Source of the DNA: an uncultured delta proteobacterium
GTDB lineage: Bacteria > Desulfobacterota > Binatia > UBA9968
Assembly (NCBI GenBank): GCA_963728565.1
Contig: CAVSLC010000011.1
Coordinates: 64,001 to 128,000, forward strand
Length of the DNA: 64,000 nucleotides
Reading direction: 5' to 3'
The notes below the pieces were generated by a model, which worked only from the letters and a program-made list of their open reading frames with translations, was not told the origin of the DNA and made no database searches. A program made the translations under genes and the position numbers. Positions 52,616 through 64,000 of the stretch are shown here, piece by piece (the first letter of the stretch is position 1; every line of letters begins with the position of its first letter).

Positions 52616-52969
52616 TCACGCGGAAAACGATGTGCCGCAGCCGCAGGTTCCGGTTGCGTTCGGGTTGGCGAATTTAAAGCCGCCGCCATAGAGTCCTGAG
52701 ACGAAGTCTATAACTGTGCCTTGGAGGAAGGGGATACTTTCAGGATCAATGTAAACAGTCAGGCTTGTGCAATCTAAGGTGATGTCGCCTGGTTTTGGTT
52801 GTTTCTCAAAATTGAGCTGGTAGGAAAAGCCCGAACAACCGCCATCAGAAACCGAGATTCTTAATGCACGATCGATATACTCGCTACGAGCAAGCAATGA
52901 CTTTACTTGCTCAACAGCCTTGGGAGTTAGCTTGAGATCAACCGCGCCTTTGTCACTCGTTTGCGTCAT
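52616..52969 (-). CDS. HesB/IscA/ErpA A-type Fe-S carrier protein
   Basis: GGCSG and NPNA..TCGCGTSF motifs. Confidence 0.93.
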   Translation of the reverse strand: MTQTSDKGAVDLKLTPKAVEQVKSLLARSEYIDRALRISVSDGGCSGFSYQLNFEKQPKPGDITLDCTSLTVYIDPESIPFLQGTVIDFVSGLYGGGFKFANPNATGTCGCGTSFSA

Positions 52970-52994
52970 TTTAGCCTCTGAAACCAGAGCTTAA

Positions 52995-53023
52995 ATCGTA
53001 ACGACGACCTCGCCTCATGTCAA
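52995..53023 (-). promoter_or_regulatory. sigma70-type promoter for the IscA-like gene
   Basis: TTGACA-17 nt-TACGAT. Confidence 0.6.
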
Positions 53024-53039
53024 GTCGGCAACGCGTGCT

Positions 53040-53963
53040 TTATCTCTCGAAGAGCGCCTCGACGAAGCGCTCAGCCTCAAATGGCTGTAGATCTTCCACG
53101 TCTTCGCCTACCCCGACGTAGCGCACCGAAATCCCAAGCTCCTCCTGAATGCTAATGATGACTCCGCCTTTGGCCGTTCCGTCCAGTTTGGTCAAAACAA
53201 TACCGTCAATCTCAGTGGCTTCTTTGAAGATTTTCGCCTGCTGGAGACCGTTTTGGCCGGTGGTAGCATCGAGCACCAGGAGTGTTTCATGCGGCGCCCC
53301 CGGCTGTTCGCGTGCGATCACCCTCCGAATCTTTTTCAATTCCTCCACCAGATGCACCTTGGTATGAAGACGGCCGGCGGTATCGATGAGGAGTACGTCG
53401 ATACCTCTGCTCTTTGCAGCCTGCATCCCATCGTAGACGACCGCGGACGGATCGGAACCCGCTCGATGTTTAATCAATTCCACACCGGCTCGGCGGCCCC
53501 AGACTTCGAGCTGTTCGACGGCCGCCGCGCGAAACGTGTCGCCCGCGACTAGGAGAACCTTCTTGCCGTCGGCCTTATATTGAGCAGCAAGCTTTCCGAT
53601 GGTGGTGGTTTTGCCCACGCCATTGACCCCGAGAAACAACACAACCCAAGGCCGCACGGACAATGCCACCAGCCGCGGCGCTGCGGCAGAGTCTTGCAGC
53701 AGCTTTACCATGGCCTGCTGCAATTGTGATGACATGTCCCGTGCCGGATCCTCGCTGCCGCTAGGAGTCAGGCCGCGCAACCTCTCCATCAACTTCTGCG
53801 TTGCTTTAACCCCAACATCAGCAGTGAGCAGATTCTCTTCCATCTCCGCGAGCGATTGCTCATCCCATTCGCGATTCTGAAAGATGGATCCCATTTTTTG
53901 GACCCAGGTTTCCCGGCTCTTGGTAAGCCCGTCCTTTAATCGTTGAAAGAAAGAACCTGCCAC
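53040..53963 (-). CDS. ftsY: SRP receptor FtsY
   Basis: [44 protein letters not shown]. Confidence 0.97.
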   Translation of the reverse strand: MAGSFFQRLKDGLTKSRETWVQKMGSIFQNREWDEQSLAEMEENLLTADVGVKATQKLMERLRGLTPSGSEDPARDMSSQLQQAMVKLLQDSAAAPRLVALSVRPWVVLFLGVNGVGKTTTIGKLAAQYKADGKKVLLVAGDTFRAAAVEQLEVWGRRAGVELIKHRAGSDPSAVVYDGMQAAKSRGIDVLLIDTAGRLHTKVHLVEELKKIRRVIAREQPGAPHETLLVLDATTGQNGLQQAKIFKEATEIDGIVLTKLDGTAKGGVIISIQEELGISVRYVGVGEDVEDLQPFEAERFVEALFER

Positions 53964-54034
53964 TTCTGAATCCTTGGGGCGCTTGCGAGGGGAGAGGACA
54001 GCAGTTGATGCCGGCGACGCGCGGAGTTTCGCTG

Positions 54035-57000
54035 TTAGCTCATCCTTACTGAAACCACTTTAGATACCCCTGGCTCTGCCATGGTAATCCCATAGAGAAC
54101 CTCGGCGGCTTGCATGGTCTTTTTGTTGTGTGTGATCAGCACAAACTGTGAAAATTCGCTCATTTCTTTAATCAGCTCATTAAAACGATCAACGTTGGCG
54201 TCGTCGAGGGGAGCGTCGACTTCGTCAAGGAAGCAAAATGGACTTGGTTTGGTAAGAAAAATCGCAAACAGCAAGCTGACCGCCGTCAACGCTTTCTCAC
54301 CGCCCGAGAGCAGTGTGATCGATTGCAGTTTTTTCCCGGGCGGTTGAACCACGATGTCCACGCCTGTTTCAAGATAGTCATTTTCATCGGTCAACACCAG
54401 CCTGGCTTTGCCGCCGCGGAACATGCGCGGAAAAATCGATTGAAACTTCTGGTTGATCTCTTCGAAGCTCTCCTTGAAACGAACGCGACAGACACGGTTG
54501 AGCTTGACAATTGTTTGCTGAAGATCGGCGATCGATTTCTCCAGATCTTCCTTTTGCCGGTTCATGAACTGAAAGCGCGTAGTCAGTTCTTCGTACTCCC
54601 CGATAGCCGCCATGTTAACGTCGCCCATACGTTCGATGCGCGCGCGCAGGTCTTCGATTTCGATCATCAGCTCATTTGACGCGGCCGCGTTGCCATCCGG
54701 GGCCTCTACCGATCCGAGATCGACGCCGTACTTATCGCGCACGCCATCGGCAAGATGCTGCAGATTGAGCCGCTTCTCGGTAAGTGTCACCTGAAGCCGG
54801 TTCTTTTCCTCCTGACACGTTTCGGCGCGAGGTCGCAGCTCTTTTATCAACTCGTCAATTTCCGTCAGCTGTTTCGAAATCTCTCGATATCTCTGGCGCT
54901 CGTTCTGCAGCTTTTCCTCTAGCTGCTGCACCGTCGCGCGGCTCGAGGCCACTGTTTGCTTCCGTTTGCGTAAGCGCATTTTGGATTTCGCCTCTCCGCC
55001 GCTGGATATCGGCAATTTGTCCGCGGCGGCTACCAATTTGCTCGCCGGCTTCCTCCTGAAGCTTGATCCGGTTATCAAGATTCACATGAGTATTTTCGCG
55101 TTTTTCGCCTAAAGCGGCAGCGCGAATCCGCGACTGTGTAACCGCGGCTTCGACGGACTCCAATGACTTCTTGCGTTCCAGGAATCCAGCTTGGATTTCG
55201 GCGAGCTTCTCCTCCCGTTCGGCCTTTTCAATCGCCCGTTTTTCGCGAATCGCATTATCTTCTTTGATTTCGTCTATCAGATCTTCCAAGGTCGCGTTCA
55301 AATCACGTTGCTCTTGAAGCAGCACGTCAATGGTTTGTCTGAGCCGTTGCGAATCTTGTTGAGTCGAACGATGTTCGTGCTCGTTGCGCACCCGCTCCAA
55401 TTCCAGACGATGAATTTCACTCCCTAAAAGCGTCTTTTTAGCTTCGGCTTGTTGTAGATTAGTTTTAAATTCAACGAGCTCCCGCTCTTCGACTTGCATC
55501 TGACTTTCAAGCTCAGTAAGCAGAAGCCCAAGCTCTTTCATGCGCCGGCGCTGGCTTAAGAAGCTGCCTTCCAGCGAGTCTTCACTGCCTCCGGTGACCA
55601 CTCCCATGGGGTCGATGACCTCTCCTTCGGGAGTCACCAGAGTGCTGTAATAACCATTGCGATGCCATAAGGCCAAACCGGATCGCAGATCCTGCACGAC
55701 AACGACATCCGATAGGAGATATTCGGCGACATCCCGATAGCCTTCTTTGACCGAGATTAATTCCAGCAATGGGGCGACCACTTCCGCCTCCCCCACTGGT
55801 AGCGGACGATCACACTTGCGCGTCATCCGGACCGGAATAAAGCTGCCTCTCCCGGAGGCCTTTTGCTTCAGGAATTCAATGGCCTCGATGCCTTCGTCAT
55901 GACCTTTAACAATCATGTACTGCAGCCGGTCTCCCAGAACCGCAGTCAACGCTTTTTCGTAGATAACGGGAGCCTCGATCACCTCGGTCACCAAACCGTA
56001 GACGCCCTCGGCAGCGGCTTCCTCTTGCCGTTTTAGCATGATGGCTCGGACGCCTTCTTGGTAACCTTCATAGTTTTTTTGTAAATCTTCGAGAGACAAT
56101 AACCGGGAGCGGCTTTCTTGAATCCGTTCTTTGAGAGCTTCGATCGTTTTTTCCTGCTCGTCTTTGCTCCGGGTTAGGCTTTGGATCAGGGCGACGACTT
56201 GCGTATACTCAAGGTTCCGTTCTCCGGATTGTTCCAGAGACGCCTCTAGCGCGCGCTCGGCTTCATTTCTTTTGCTTTCGATCAGCTCCAAAGATGTGGC
56301 CGCGGCCGAGTGCTCCTCCCGGTTTCGCTCCAGAGCGCGATCGGTTTCATCGCGCCGCCGTTCCTTAGCAGTCACATCATTCTTCAGATAAACAAGGTGA
56401 TTGGCGATTTCGATGAGCGCCGCCTTTTCGCTCTCAAGGCCAGACTGCAGAGCCTGGATCTCGGCCTGGAGTTTTTCCAGCTCAGCTTCGTTTTCGCGCA
56501 GAAAACTCTCCTCAAAAAGCGACAACTGGATGAAGCTTTCTTTGGCCTTATTGAGTTCTTCGATCTCCCGGGCGAGCGTTTTGAGCTTGTCATCGAGCTG
56601 CGCTAACGCGGTCAGGGTTTGGGCTTCATTCTCGTTTAGTTGCGACAAATCCTTTTTGAAGAAGTCGATGCGCTGCTCTTCTGATTGAAGCTGCATTTTT
56701 GCCTGGTAAACATTTTCCTGTTGTAAACTGATTTCTTTCTCCAGCTCCATCAGTGAAAAGCGGACCGCTTCGCTCTCGGATTCTTTGCCGTGCAAACTGT
56801 TCAAATATTCAGCCAGGCGATTCTCCGCAACAGCGAGATAGGCTTGCTGGGTGGCGATCTCCTGGTTCAGCGACTGCCGATGCAGGCTTGCGCATAGCAG
56901 ATCCTTCTCTCGAAGCTCCGCTTTAAGGGCCTTGTAGCGCTCTGCCTTTCTCGCCTGTAACTCCATGGTGCGGATCTGTCGTTCAATCTCCCGAACGATG

Positions 57001-57587
57001 TCAGTAACTCGAAACAGGTTCTGTTGCGTGCGCTCGAGTTTCCGCTCGGCTACCAGCTTGCGGCTTTTGTATTTACTAGTGCCGGCTGCCTCTTCGATCA
57101 GAACTCTACGTTCTTCGGGTTTTGAATTGACCAGTTCATCGACTCGGCCTTGCTCGACGATTGAATACGCCTTGCTGCCGACTCCCGTGCCTAGAAACAG
57201 ATCAATAACGTCTTTCAGGCGGCATGGGGTCTTGTTGATTGCGTATTCAGATTCCCCGGAGCGGAAGAGACGCCGGGTAACCATAATTTCGCTGAAGCTG
57301 CTGTATTCAACGGGGCCGCGCGCATCTTCATTGTCGAAGGTCAGCGAAACTTCGGCCATTCCCGTTGCGGACAGGCTGTCGCTGCCTGCGAAGACCACAT
57401 CTTCCATTTGTTGGCCGCGCAGGTGACGCGCGCTTTGTTCGCCCATGGCCCAGCGCAAAGCATCGACTATATTCGATTTCCCGCAGCCATTCGGACCAAC
57501 GATCGCGGTGATTCCGGGGTTGAGTTCCACCAATGTTTTATCGGCGAACGATTTAAAGCCCACCATCTCAAGGCGTTTTAAGCGCAT
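54035..57587 (-). CDS. smc: Chromosome segregation protein SMC, frameshifted near 54960
   Basis: GFKSF, GPNGCGKSN, coiled coils and hinge; C-terminal PGKK..LLSGGEK..LDEVDAPLD lies in a second frame; followed by ftsY. Confidence 0.95.
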
Positions 57588-57644
57588 AATCGTTTAATGT
57601 CAGACACTTACGAAGCGACGGAGTGAATCAATGGATTGCTTGGC

Positions 57645-57729
57645 AATATAGTCCATCAGTGCGGATAACTGTCAAGAAAATTAACCATATAAAGTGGCTA
57701 AAGGCGCGATTCGCTACTATATATAGGAT
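57645..57729 (-). promoter_or_regulatory. smc promoter region with tandem NrdR-like boxes and a DnaA-like box
   Basis: TTGACA 57675-57670 with TATATT 19 nt away; TTATCCGCA in the spacer; taaCCATATAAAGtgg 57682-97 and ctaCTATATATAGgat 57714-29, 32 bp apart. Confidence 0.5.
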
Positions 57730-57748
57730 ATAGGAGAAGCGGGGACGC

Positions 57749-58381
57749 CTATTTCTCGAGCAGCTCAGTGTTCCAGTAGGATGCGTCGACGGTGTTCAAG
57801 AAGGGTAGCCATTCCTTATAACGAGAGAGACTGAAGGTTTCCTGCATAAAAGGGGTCCACTGGGGTCTCACTGGCCGGCGCGCCAATGTCATACCCGCCT
57901 GTTGCGGAGTCCGGCCGCCCTTCAATCGATTACAGTCCTGGCATGAACAGACCACATTCTCCCATGTGGATGTGCCCCCTTGCGTCCGGGGTATGACATG
58001 ATCCAGGTTGAGTTCGTGCCGCGGCCGTCTGTGGCCGCAATACTGGCAAGTGCACTTATCGCGGGCATAAATATTATAGCGACTAAAGCGAACCTGACGC
58101 TTGGGCATGCGGTCATAACTGACGAGCAGAATCACCCGCGGGACCCGGATTACCCGATTGACCATGCCCACCGATTCGTCGTGCACAGTGACCGACAGGT
58201 CGCTCCAGCTCTCAAAATCGAAAGTTTGGTATTGTTCATTTACCGCCTTGGCGATTCCCTGGTAAAGGAGGGTAAAGGCGCGGCGCACGGAAGTAACATG
58301 GATCGGTAAATAGGAACGATTGAGAATCAGTACCTTGGTGTTGAGTACGGAATAAACCGGGATAGTAGCGGAATAGTTCAT
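57749..58381 (-). CDS. HNH endonuclease (McrA/HNH_5 type, Zn-binding)
   Basis: VLILNRSY, RDKCTCQYCG, LNLDHVIPR..GG..W.N.V.SC..CN..KG. Confidence 0.9.
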   Translation of the reverse strand: MNYSATIPVYSVLNTKVLILNRSYLPIHVTSVRRAFTLLYQGIAKAVNEQYQTFDFESWSDLSVTVHDESVGMVNRVIRVPRVILLVSYDRMPKRQVRFSRYNIYARDKCTCQYCGHRRPRHELNLDHVIPRTQGGTSTWENVVCSCQDCNRLKGGRTPQQAGMTLARRPVRPQWTPFMQETFSLSRYKEWLPFLNTVDASYWNTELLEK

Positions 58382-58426
58382 TAAAGCTTTGGCATGGCTC
58401 GACGATTACAGTCCGCGATTACGGCT

Positions 58427-58455
58427 AAAATACGGGTCAGGTCCGTCAATGTCAA
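58427..58455 (-). promoter_or_regulatory. sigma70-type promoter for the HNH gene
   Basis: TTGACA-17 nt-TATTTT. Confidence 0.5.
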
Positions 58456-58615
58456 ACGAGCGCAAATTCGCGATGCTGCTTGAAGTCGCAACTGATTTCC
58501 TCTATAAAGACACCAGCCGCCCCCGATGACTGTTGGGACTTCCGATGCCGAACGGCACTCCGTTCCCGCATTTCCCGCCTCTTCCGTACATCCCGTCGAA
58601 TTCTATAAGGTATCT

Positions 58616-60127
58616 ATGAAGCAAGAAATTTTTATCAACTCGTCTCCTCAGGAGAGCCGCATCGCGATCATGGAAGACGGCGTTCTCGCCGAATTTTTGA
58701 TTGAACGCAAAGAGGATCGAGGCATCGCAGGCAACATTTACAAAGGGAAGGTCGAGCGGGTTTTGCCCGGAATGCAGGCCGCGTTCGTCGATATCGGCAT
58801 GGACAAAGCGGCCTTTTTACATGCATCGGACTTCTTTAGCGTTCCCGAAGATGTGCAACTGATCTCGCCGTCCGGCGACGACGTCGAGTTCGATGATGTC
58901 CCTAAACCCGCCCCTAACCGGCGGCTGCCGCTTGAGAAGCAGGTTTCACGGGGTGAAGAAATTCTAGTCCAAGTTGCCAAGGACCCATTAGGCACAAAAG
59001 GAGCTCGGATAACCTCGCACGTATCGCTTCCCGGCCGTTATATGGTCTTTATGCCGAACACCAAGCACATCGGTATTTCCAGGCGGATCGAGAGCGAAGA
59101 GGAACGCAAACGCCTCAAGGAGATTGCCCAATCCCTCGGTACGACCGATGGCGGTTTCATCCTCCGAACGGCTTCAGAAGGACAAAGCAAACGGGAAATC
59201 CACCGAGATCTCAGGTTTCTCACCAAGCTCTGGAAAAGAATTCAGGAGAAAGCTGACAAGGCCCCGGCGCCTGCGTTGATTCACCAGGATCTCGACTTGA
59301 TTACGCGCACGATACGGGATTTCTTCACTACCGATACCGAGCATGTGGTCATCGATTCGGCCAAAGACCACCGCCGCATCGCCGATTTCGTCGGCCATTT
59401 CATGCCCCGGCTCAAATCGAAGCTCGTGTTATATCCTGAAAAAGAGCCGCTTTTTGACCGGCACGGGATTGAAGAGAAGATCGAAAAGGCGCTGGACCGG
59501 CGCGTCTGGCTACGTTCGGGCGGTTACATCATCATCGAGAGGACCGAGGCGCTCACCGCTATTGATGTCAATACCGGACGCTTCGTCGGCAAAAGAGATC
59601 AAGAAGAGACCATTCTTAAGACCAACATGGAAGCCACCTCGGAGGTGGTGCGCCAACTTAGGCTACGAAATCTCGGCGGAATTATCATCATCGATTTTAT
59701 CGACATGGAAAAAGAGGGAAACCGCAAGAAGGTCTATGAAGCGCTCAAGAACGCGCTCAAGAAAGATAAAGCCCGTACCAACATCCTGAAAATTTCGGAG
59801 CTGGGTTTGGTCGAGATGACTCGGCAAAGAACCCGCGAGAGTTTGGAAAATCAACTGCTAAGTCCCTGTCCCCATTGTGATGGCCGGGGCCGCATCAAGT
59901 CCTCTGTCACCGTCGCCTACGATATTTTGCGCGCAGTCAAGAAACAGCAGACGAGCTTGGAAAATGGCAAGAACATCGTGCTACGGCTTCATCCAAGCGT
60001 GGCCAATTTTCTTTATGATGAGAAGGCCAACAGCCTGGAGGCGCTGGAGCGGGAAATCAATCACAAAATCATTATCAAAGTGAGCGAGGATTTGGGCCAC
60101 CAGCAATACGAAATCTCCACGACGTGA
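58616..60127 (+). CDS. rng: Ribonuclease G (Rne/Rng family)
   Basis: GNIYKGKV..VLPGMQAAFVDIG, IDVNTG, RLRNLGGIIIIDFIDM, CPHCDG; no long C-terminal extension. Confidence 0.9.
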   Translation: MKQEIFINSSPQESRIAIMEDGVLAEFLIERKEDRGIAGNIYKGKVERVLPGMQAAFVDIGMDKAAFLHASDFFSVPEDVQLISPSGDDVEFDDVPKPAPNRRLPLEKQVSRGEEILVQVAKDPLGTKGARITSHVSLPGRYMVFMPNTKHIGISRRIESEEERKRLKEIAQSLGTTDGGFILRTASEGQSKREIHRDLRFLTKLWKRIQEKADKAPAPALIHQDLDLITRTIRDFFTTDTEHVVIDSAKDHRRIADFVGHFMPRLKSKLVLYPEKEPLFDRHGIEEKIEKALDRRVWLRSGGYIIIERTEALTAIDVNTGRFVGKRDQEETILKTNMEATSEVVRQLRLRNLGGIIIIDFIDMEKEGNRKKVYEALKNALKKDKARTNILKISELGLVEMTRQRTRESLENQLLSPCPHCDGRGRIKSSVTVAYDILRAVKKQQTSLENGKNIVLRLHPSVANFLYDEKANSLEALEREINHKIIIKVSEDLGHQQYEISTT

Positions 60128-60129
60128 GT

Positions 60130-60777
60130 CTAGCTCTTGGGCCAAGCTCGGATTTCGGATTCCTTCCTTAACTTCCGCGAATCGTACACTTCCAGATGAG
60201 TGAATGCGGCGGGATTGCGCCTCGGCTTTGCGGCGGGCCAACTGCGCGCATGCCCTATGGGCACAACCCATAGAAGGCGCAGGCTGGTTGGAACTTTGAA
60301 CAACTCTCTGAGTTCGGGCTCAACTTCCTCGCGCACGGAGACCCAAACGGTGCCCAAATTCATACTCGCGGCGGCGAGCATCATCTGCTGCACCGCATTG
60401 GCGATGCTGGCCTGAAAGAGCTTCTCGCGGTCTGCCGGTTGCCGCGTCGTCAGATAAACTTGTTTGGTCCTGGCGTCGCCGCAGACCAGGACAATGACAC
60501 TGACATCTCCGACATAGTCCTTCTTCAAGCCTTTGTAGTTGATCGGATCTTCGCGTTTTCTCTCCCGCCATTCATTGTCATAGATCTGCCGGATACGTCT
60601 CATTTTCTCTCGGTCGCGAGTCACCACCAACTCCCAGGGTTGAGTGTTGGCGCCGGAAGGCGCCCAACGAGCTGCTTCCAAGATCGTCTCGAGCTGCTGG
60701 TCAGTGACTTTCCCGCTTTTGTAAACGCGGACACTGCGCCGTGTCTGGATGACTTCAAGTAGATTTTTGGGATCCAT
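60130..60777 (-). CDS. Nitroreductase family protein
   Basis: RRSVR.Y, APSGANTQPW, LAAASMNLGTVW. Confidence 0.9.
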   Translation of the reverse strand: MDPKNLLEVIQTRRSVRVYKSGKVTDQQLETILEAARWAPSGANTQPWELVVTRDREKMRRIRQIYDNEWRERKREDPINYKGLKKDYVGDVSVIVLVCGDARTKQVYLTTRQPADREKLFQASIANAVQQMMLAAASMNLGTVWVSVREEVEPELRELFKVPTSLRLLWVVPIGHARSWPAAKPRRNPAAFTHLEVYDSRKLRKESEIRAWPKS

Positions 60778-60908
60778 GAATGACACCTTTGATTTTGCCC
60801 CTTTCGAAAGAATTCGTCGCATAAAAACTCGACAGTAAAAAGCACAACAAGCTTGCCGGAAAATCGAGGTTCAGCTTTCCTCGCTCATGTTTTCGGCTTC
60901 TAGCCGTC

Positions 60909-62650
60909 TTACTGGGCGGAGATCTGACCGCGACGGCCGTACCACCACGCCGTCAGGATCAGCGGCGCAAGAACCACTGTCATGAGCAACGTAACGGCCG
61001 ATGCCTTGTTGATACTGCCGCTGTACCAGTAACTCCAAATGACTGCGGGCAACGTGATGTTGTCATGTACTGCGAGAAAAACCGCCACTGTCAACTCGCG
61101 ATACACCAACAGCGCGGACCAGATCCAAACCGAAAACAGGGTAGGGCGAATTAATGGAAATAGCACACGCCGAGCGGTTCGGAGGGTGGAAAGACCTGAA
61201 ACGAAAGCGGCCTCTTCGAGCTCCCGATGAATTTGCAAGAGCGAGCCGTTGAGCGCGCGAGTGGCAAAGGCGAGGCGGGCAACGACATAGACCACCGCAA
61301 TCAGCCAGACCGAGCCATAGAGCGGGATGCTGTTGCCGAAAACGAACAAGGACAGGAGCAATGCGCCGATCGCGAGGATCACCTCCGGCAGAGCATGAGG
61401 TAGGAACGCGCCAAACTCGAGAGCGTAACGTGCCCGGCTGCGCGACCGCACGATCAGCCATGAGATACTAAAGGCCAGCAACAACACCGCCACTGGAACC
61501 ACTGCTACCAGAATCGCGGTGTTGGCCAAGCCGCGCATGACCAGTTCCCAATCCATGCCGTAGAAATGGCTGAACGAAAGGTTTCCCAGCATCGCCACCG
61601 AAGGCGGAACGAAATAGGGTGTCAGAGCGGCGTATGTAATCAAAAGTAGTGGCAGGAGCTTCGACATCAACGTATAAACGCCGATGAAGCACCACGCGGC
61701 GATCGACCACTTGCCAAGCGGCAAGAGTGTCGGCTTGTATCCTTTTCCGGTTACGACTTCGAAGCGATGACCCTGCCGTAGTACCTGGCTGTACCAAAGA
61801 GTGAGCAGGCCGGCGACAATGATCATGAACGCGCCGACGACTCCGGTAATTCCGTATTCGGGCAAGCCGGCGCCCTGCGGGTGGACTTTCAAATAGATAA
61901 AAGTGCTGAGCATGTAGACTCGATTGCCCAAGCCGAGGATCGCCGGAATGTCAAATGTCGCGATTCCGATAGTCAATATGTAGATCACGGCCGCCAAAAT
62001 GCCTGGGCGGGCCAAGGGTAGGGTTACCGCCAAAGGATTTTACCGAAGCCCATTCCGTGGACGCGCGCCGCCTCCTCGAGAGTTGGATTCATGGCGCGAA
62101 ACATCTGCGCGGTCAGAATGAACGCCAACGCGGAGAGACTCAATCCTTGCACGAAACCCATGCCGATGGGGGTGGCGATATTGATCGGAGCGTCATTCAG
62201 GCTGAAAATATCGACCAGCCAGCGGTTTAAAATCCCGATGCGCGGATGGGCGATCAGCGTCCATCCCATCGCCGTATAGATGCCCGGAATCAGCAGCCCA
62301 AGTGTCATAATCCCATAGATCAGCGTCTTGCCAGGAAGATCGCTTCGTTCCGCCAACCAGGCGATCGGCAAGCCGAATATCAGCGCGACCGCGGTTGCGG
62401 TGATCGTGAAAATTATCGTATTAGCGGCGACACGCAGCACAAAAGGATCGCTGAAAACCTCGATATAATTGCCGAGTGTGTAGATCGCGCTGGGCGTGCC
62501 GACGGCGCCCTTCTGAACGCTGACCCAGAACATCACCATCACCAGCGTCAGGATTGCCGCCATCGGCACAAGGGCGATGGACAAGAGAGCCGAGGAAGTT
62601 TGACCTCTTTGATCAAGGCCGGCAACGAATCGCGATAAGAGTTGTTTCAT
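60909..62650 (-). CDS. Fe(III)/FbpB-type ABC permease with two permease domains, frameshifted near 62027
   Basis: Two EAA motifs (LEEAARVHG, LEEAAFVSG); frames join as KILWR|VTLPLARP. Confidence 0.85.
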
Positions 62651-62815
62651 AAGTGTTGGCCTAAAACGAACTCTCTTGTTTAAACGAGTATTTAGTTACA
62701 CCGCCCAATATATCCTGAAGAAAGCAAGCTAAGGAGGGTGAAACTCGCCTCGACATCCTACGAAACCATTTTCAAAACAAAGGCCGAGGGCTCTTAAGCG
62801 AAATTCCGCGCTAGT

Positions 62816-63919
62816 CTACTTGCCGGCATCGCGTAGAATCGCTTCCAGCTCCTTTTGTGTTTCCGCATAGTTCTTAAAAGAGGCGAGCCACTCAGGCGAG
62901 CTGATGATGACCTTGCCTTTGGCGGCGCGGACTGTCTCGAGCTCCCTTTTGGTCTGGGAGCCGGGAAACAAATGCAGGTCCAAACCATCATGCCTCCATA
63001 ATAGTTCTTGCCCTTCCGCGCTCATCAGATAGTTGATCAGCAGCGCGCCGGCGTTAGGCGAGCGTGAATTTTTTGGTACGGCGGCGTATCGCATGTGCAG
63101 CACGGTGCCTTCCTCGATTACCGTGTGACCCAGAGGGGCGCCGGCGCGCTTTAAGACATTGACGTCGTTGCCGCCGCAGGTGAAGGCCAGCATGAGGAAT
63201 TCACCGCTGGTGATCCGCTCTGCCTCGCCGCATCGCATCAATCCGCCAATCTGCTTGGATAGTTTTCTGGTGAAATCGATCATTTTTTCGCGGCCCAAAA
63301 AATCGGGTGTGGCAAATTCCCGCATGCCCGCCGCATAGGGAGTCGAAGCGATCTTGCCTTTCCACTTCGGATTGAGGACGTCTTCGAGGCGCCGGGGAAT
63401 GTCGGCGCCTTTTACCAGAGAGGTATTGTACTGAATTCCGACCACGGCTGTGGCGATCGCCACATGGGTGCCGTCAGCGGCTATGGCGTTAAATTTTCCT
63501 TCGGGACTGGGTTTGTCTGCGATAAAGGTGTTATAAGTCATGGGCTTTAGCAGGCTCGACTTCAAGCCATCGAACATTGCCTGAGCGTTGCCCAGATAGA
63601 CGTCCGTGCTGGCCGGTTGGCCAGCGGCGTTTTCCTGGATAATGCGCAGCATCAAACGCTGCATGTCGGGGCCTGGCGTGTACTGGCCTTTCAGGTCAAG
63701 CTTGTACTTTTTGTTCATGCCGGCGAGAATCTCTTTAAATCCTTCGCTCCCGCCAAAGCTGTTTTGGCCCCACTGACCGCGCAACATGCCTTCTTTCCTG
63801 GCACCCTCGATGATCTGGGCCAGTGTCTCGGCCTCGGCCAGCGCAGCCATGGTAGCTAGCGTGATCATCACTGTCAGTGCCCAAGTTGAGAGCCGCGCCA
63901 TTGAGTTGTGCACGATCAT
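62816..63919 (-). CDS. ABC transporter extracellular solute-binding protein (FbpA/AfuA-like)
   Basis: Signal peptide; IEGARKEG, YNTSLV, EDVLNPKWKGKI, PNAGAL.INYLMS.EGQ; AAGGAGG RBS. Confidence 0.85.
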   Translation of the reverse strand: MIVHNSMARLSTWALTVMITLATMAALAEAETLAQIIEGARKEGMLRGQWGQNSFGGSEGFKEILAGMNKKYKLDLKGQYTPGPDMQRLMLRIIQENAAGQPASTDVYLGNAQAMFDGLKSSLLKPMTYNTFIADKPSPEGKFNAIAADGTHVAIATAVVGIQYNTSLVKGADIPRRLEDVLNPKWKGKIASTPYAAGMREFATPDFLGREKMIDFTRKLSKQIGGLMRCGEAERITSGEFLMLAFTCGGNDVNVLKRAGAPLGHTVIEEGTVLHMRYAAVPKNSRSPNAGALLINYLMSAEGQELLWRHDGLDLHLFPGSQTKRELETVRAAKGKVIISSPEWLASFKNYAETQKELEAILRDAGK

Positions 63920-64000
63920 ATAAGCCTCCTTCGGTTTACACATTTGATCACAAACAAGTCGATCGCCGGGTTTATACTCGGGACGGAAACACCATGATGT

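Noticed and set aside
54855-55078. Programmed frameshift or split smc
   Set aside because: No slippery heptamer evident; a single-base indel like the others in the window explains it.

Overview
A 64-kb chromosomal window from a GC-rich bacterium. Gene content suggests a deltaproteobacteria-like lineage, plausibly Candidatus Binatia/Binatota; this is inferred from the many stand-alone Bug/TctC and NMT1-type solute-binding proteins and DxDxH amidohydrolases. The left half (1-33 kb) is accessory catabolic and transport genes: amidohydrolases, a BBE-type FAD oxidase, gdhA, a cytochrome c, an RRM protein, a JmjC protein, ABC systems, VOC plus Rieske ferredoxin, and an LLM/hydrolase/SDR cluster. 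The right half is core housekeeping: rarA, ffh-rpsP-khpA-rimM-trmD-rplS, groES-groEL, peptidoglycan recycling, dapL-folK, initiator tRNA-Met, rsmD-coaD-aminotransferase, smc-ftsY, an HNH nuclease and RNase G. At least seven genes, including smc and gdhA, carry small frameshifts, which most likely reflects uncorrected long-read indels. I found no CRISPR array, transposase or integrase. Notable items missing from the ORF track are a hammerhead-ribozyme-like core (~14.8 kb), a 52-aa metallothionein-like gene behind a sigma54 promoter, a DnaA-box/IHF-like cluster (~42.2-42.5 kb), tandem NrdR-like boxes plus a DnaA-like box at the smc promoter, and a BON-domain lipoprotein at the left edge. All calls come from reading the sequence; no searches were run.
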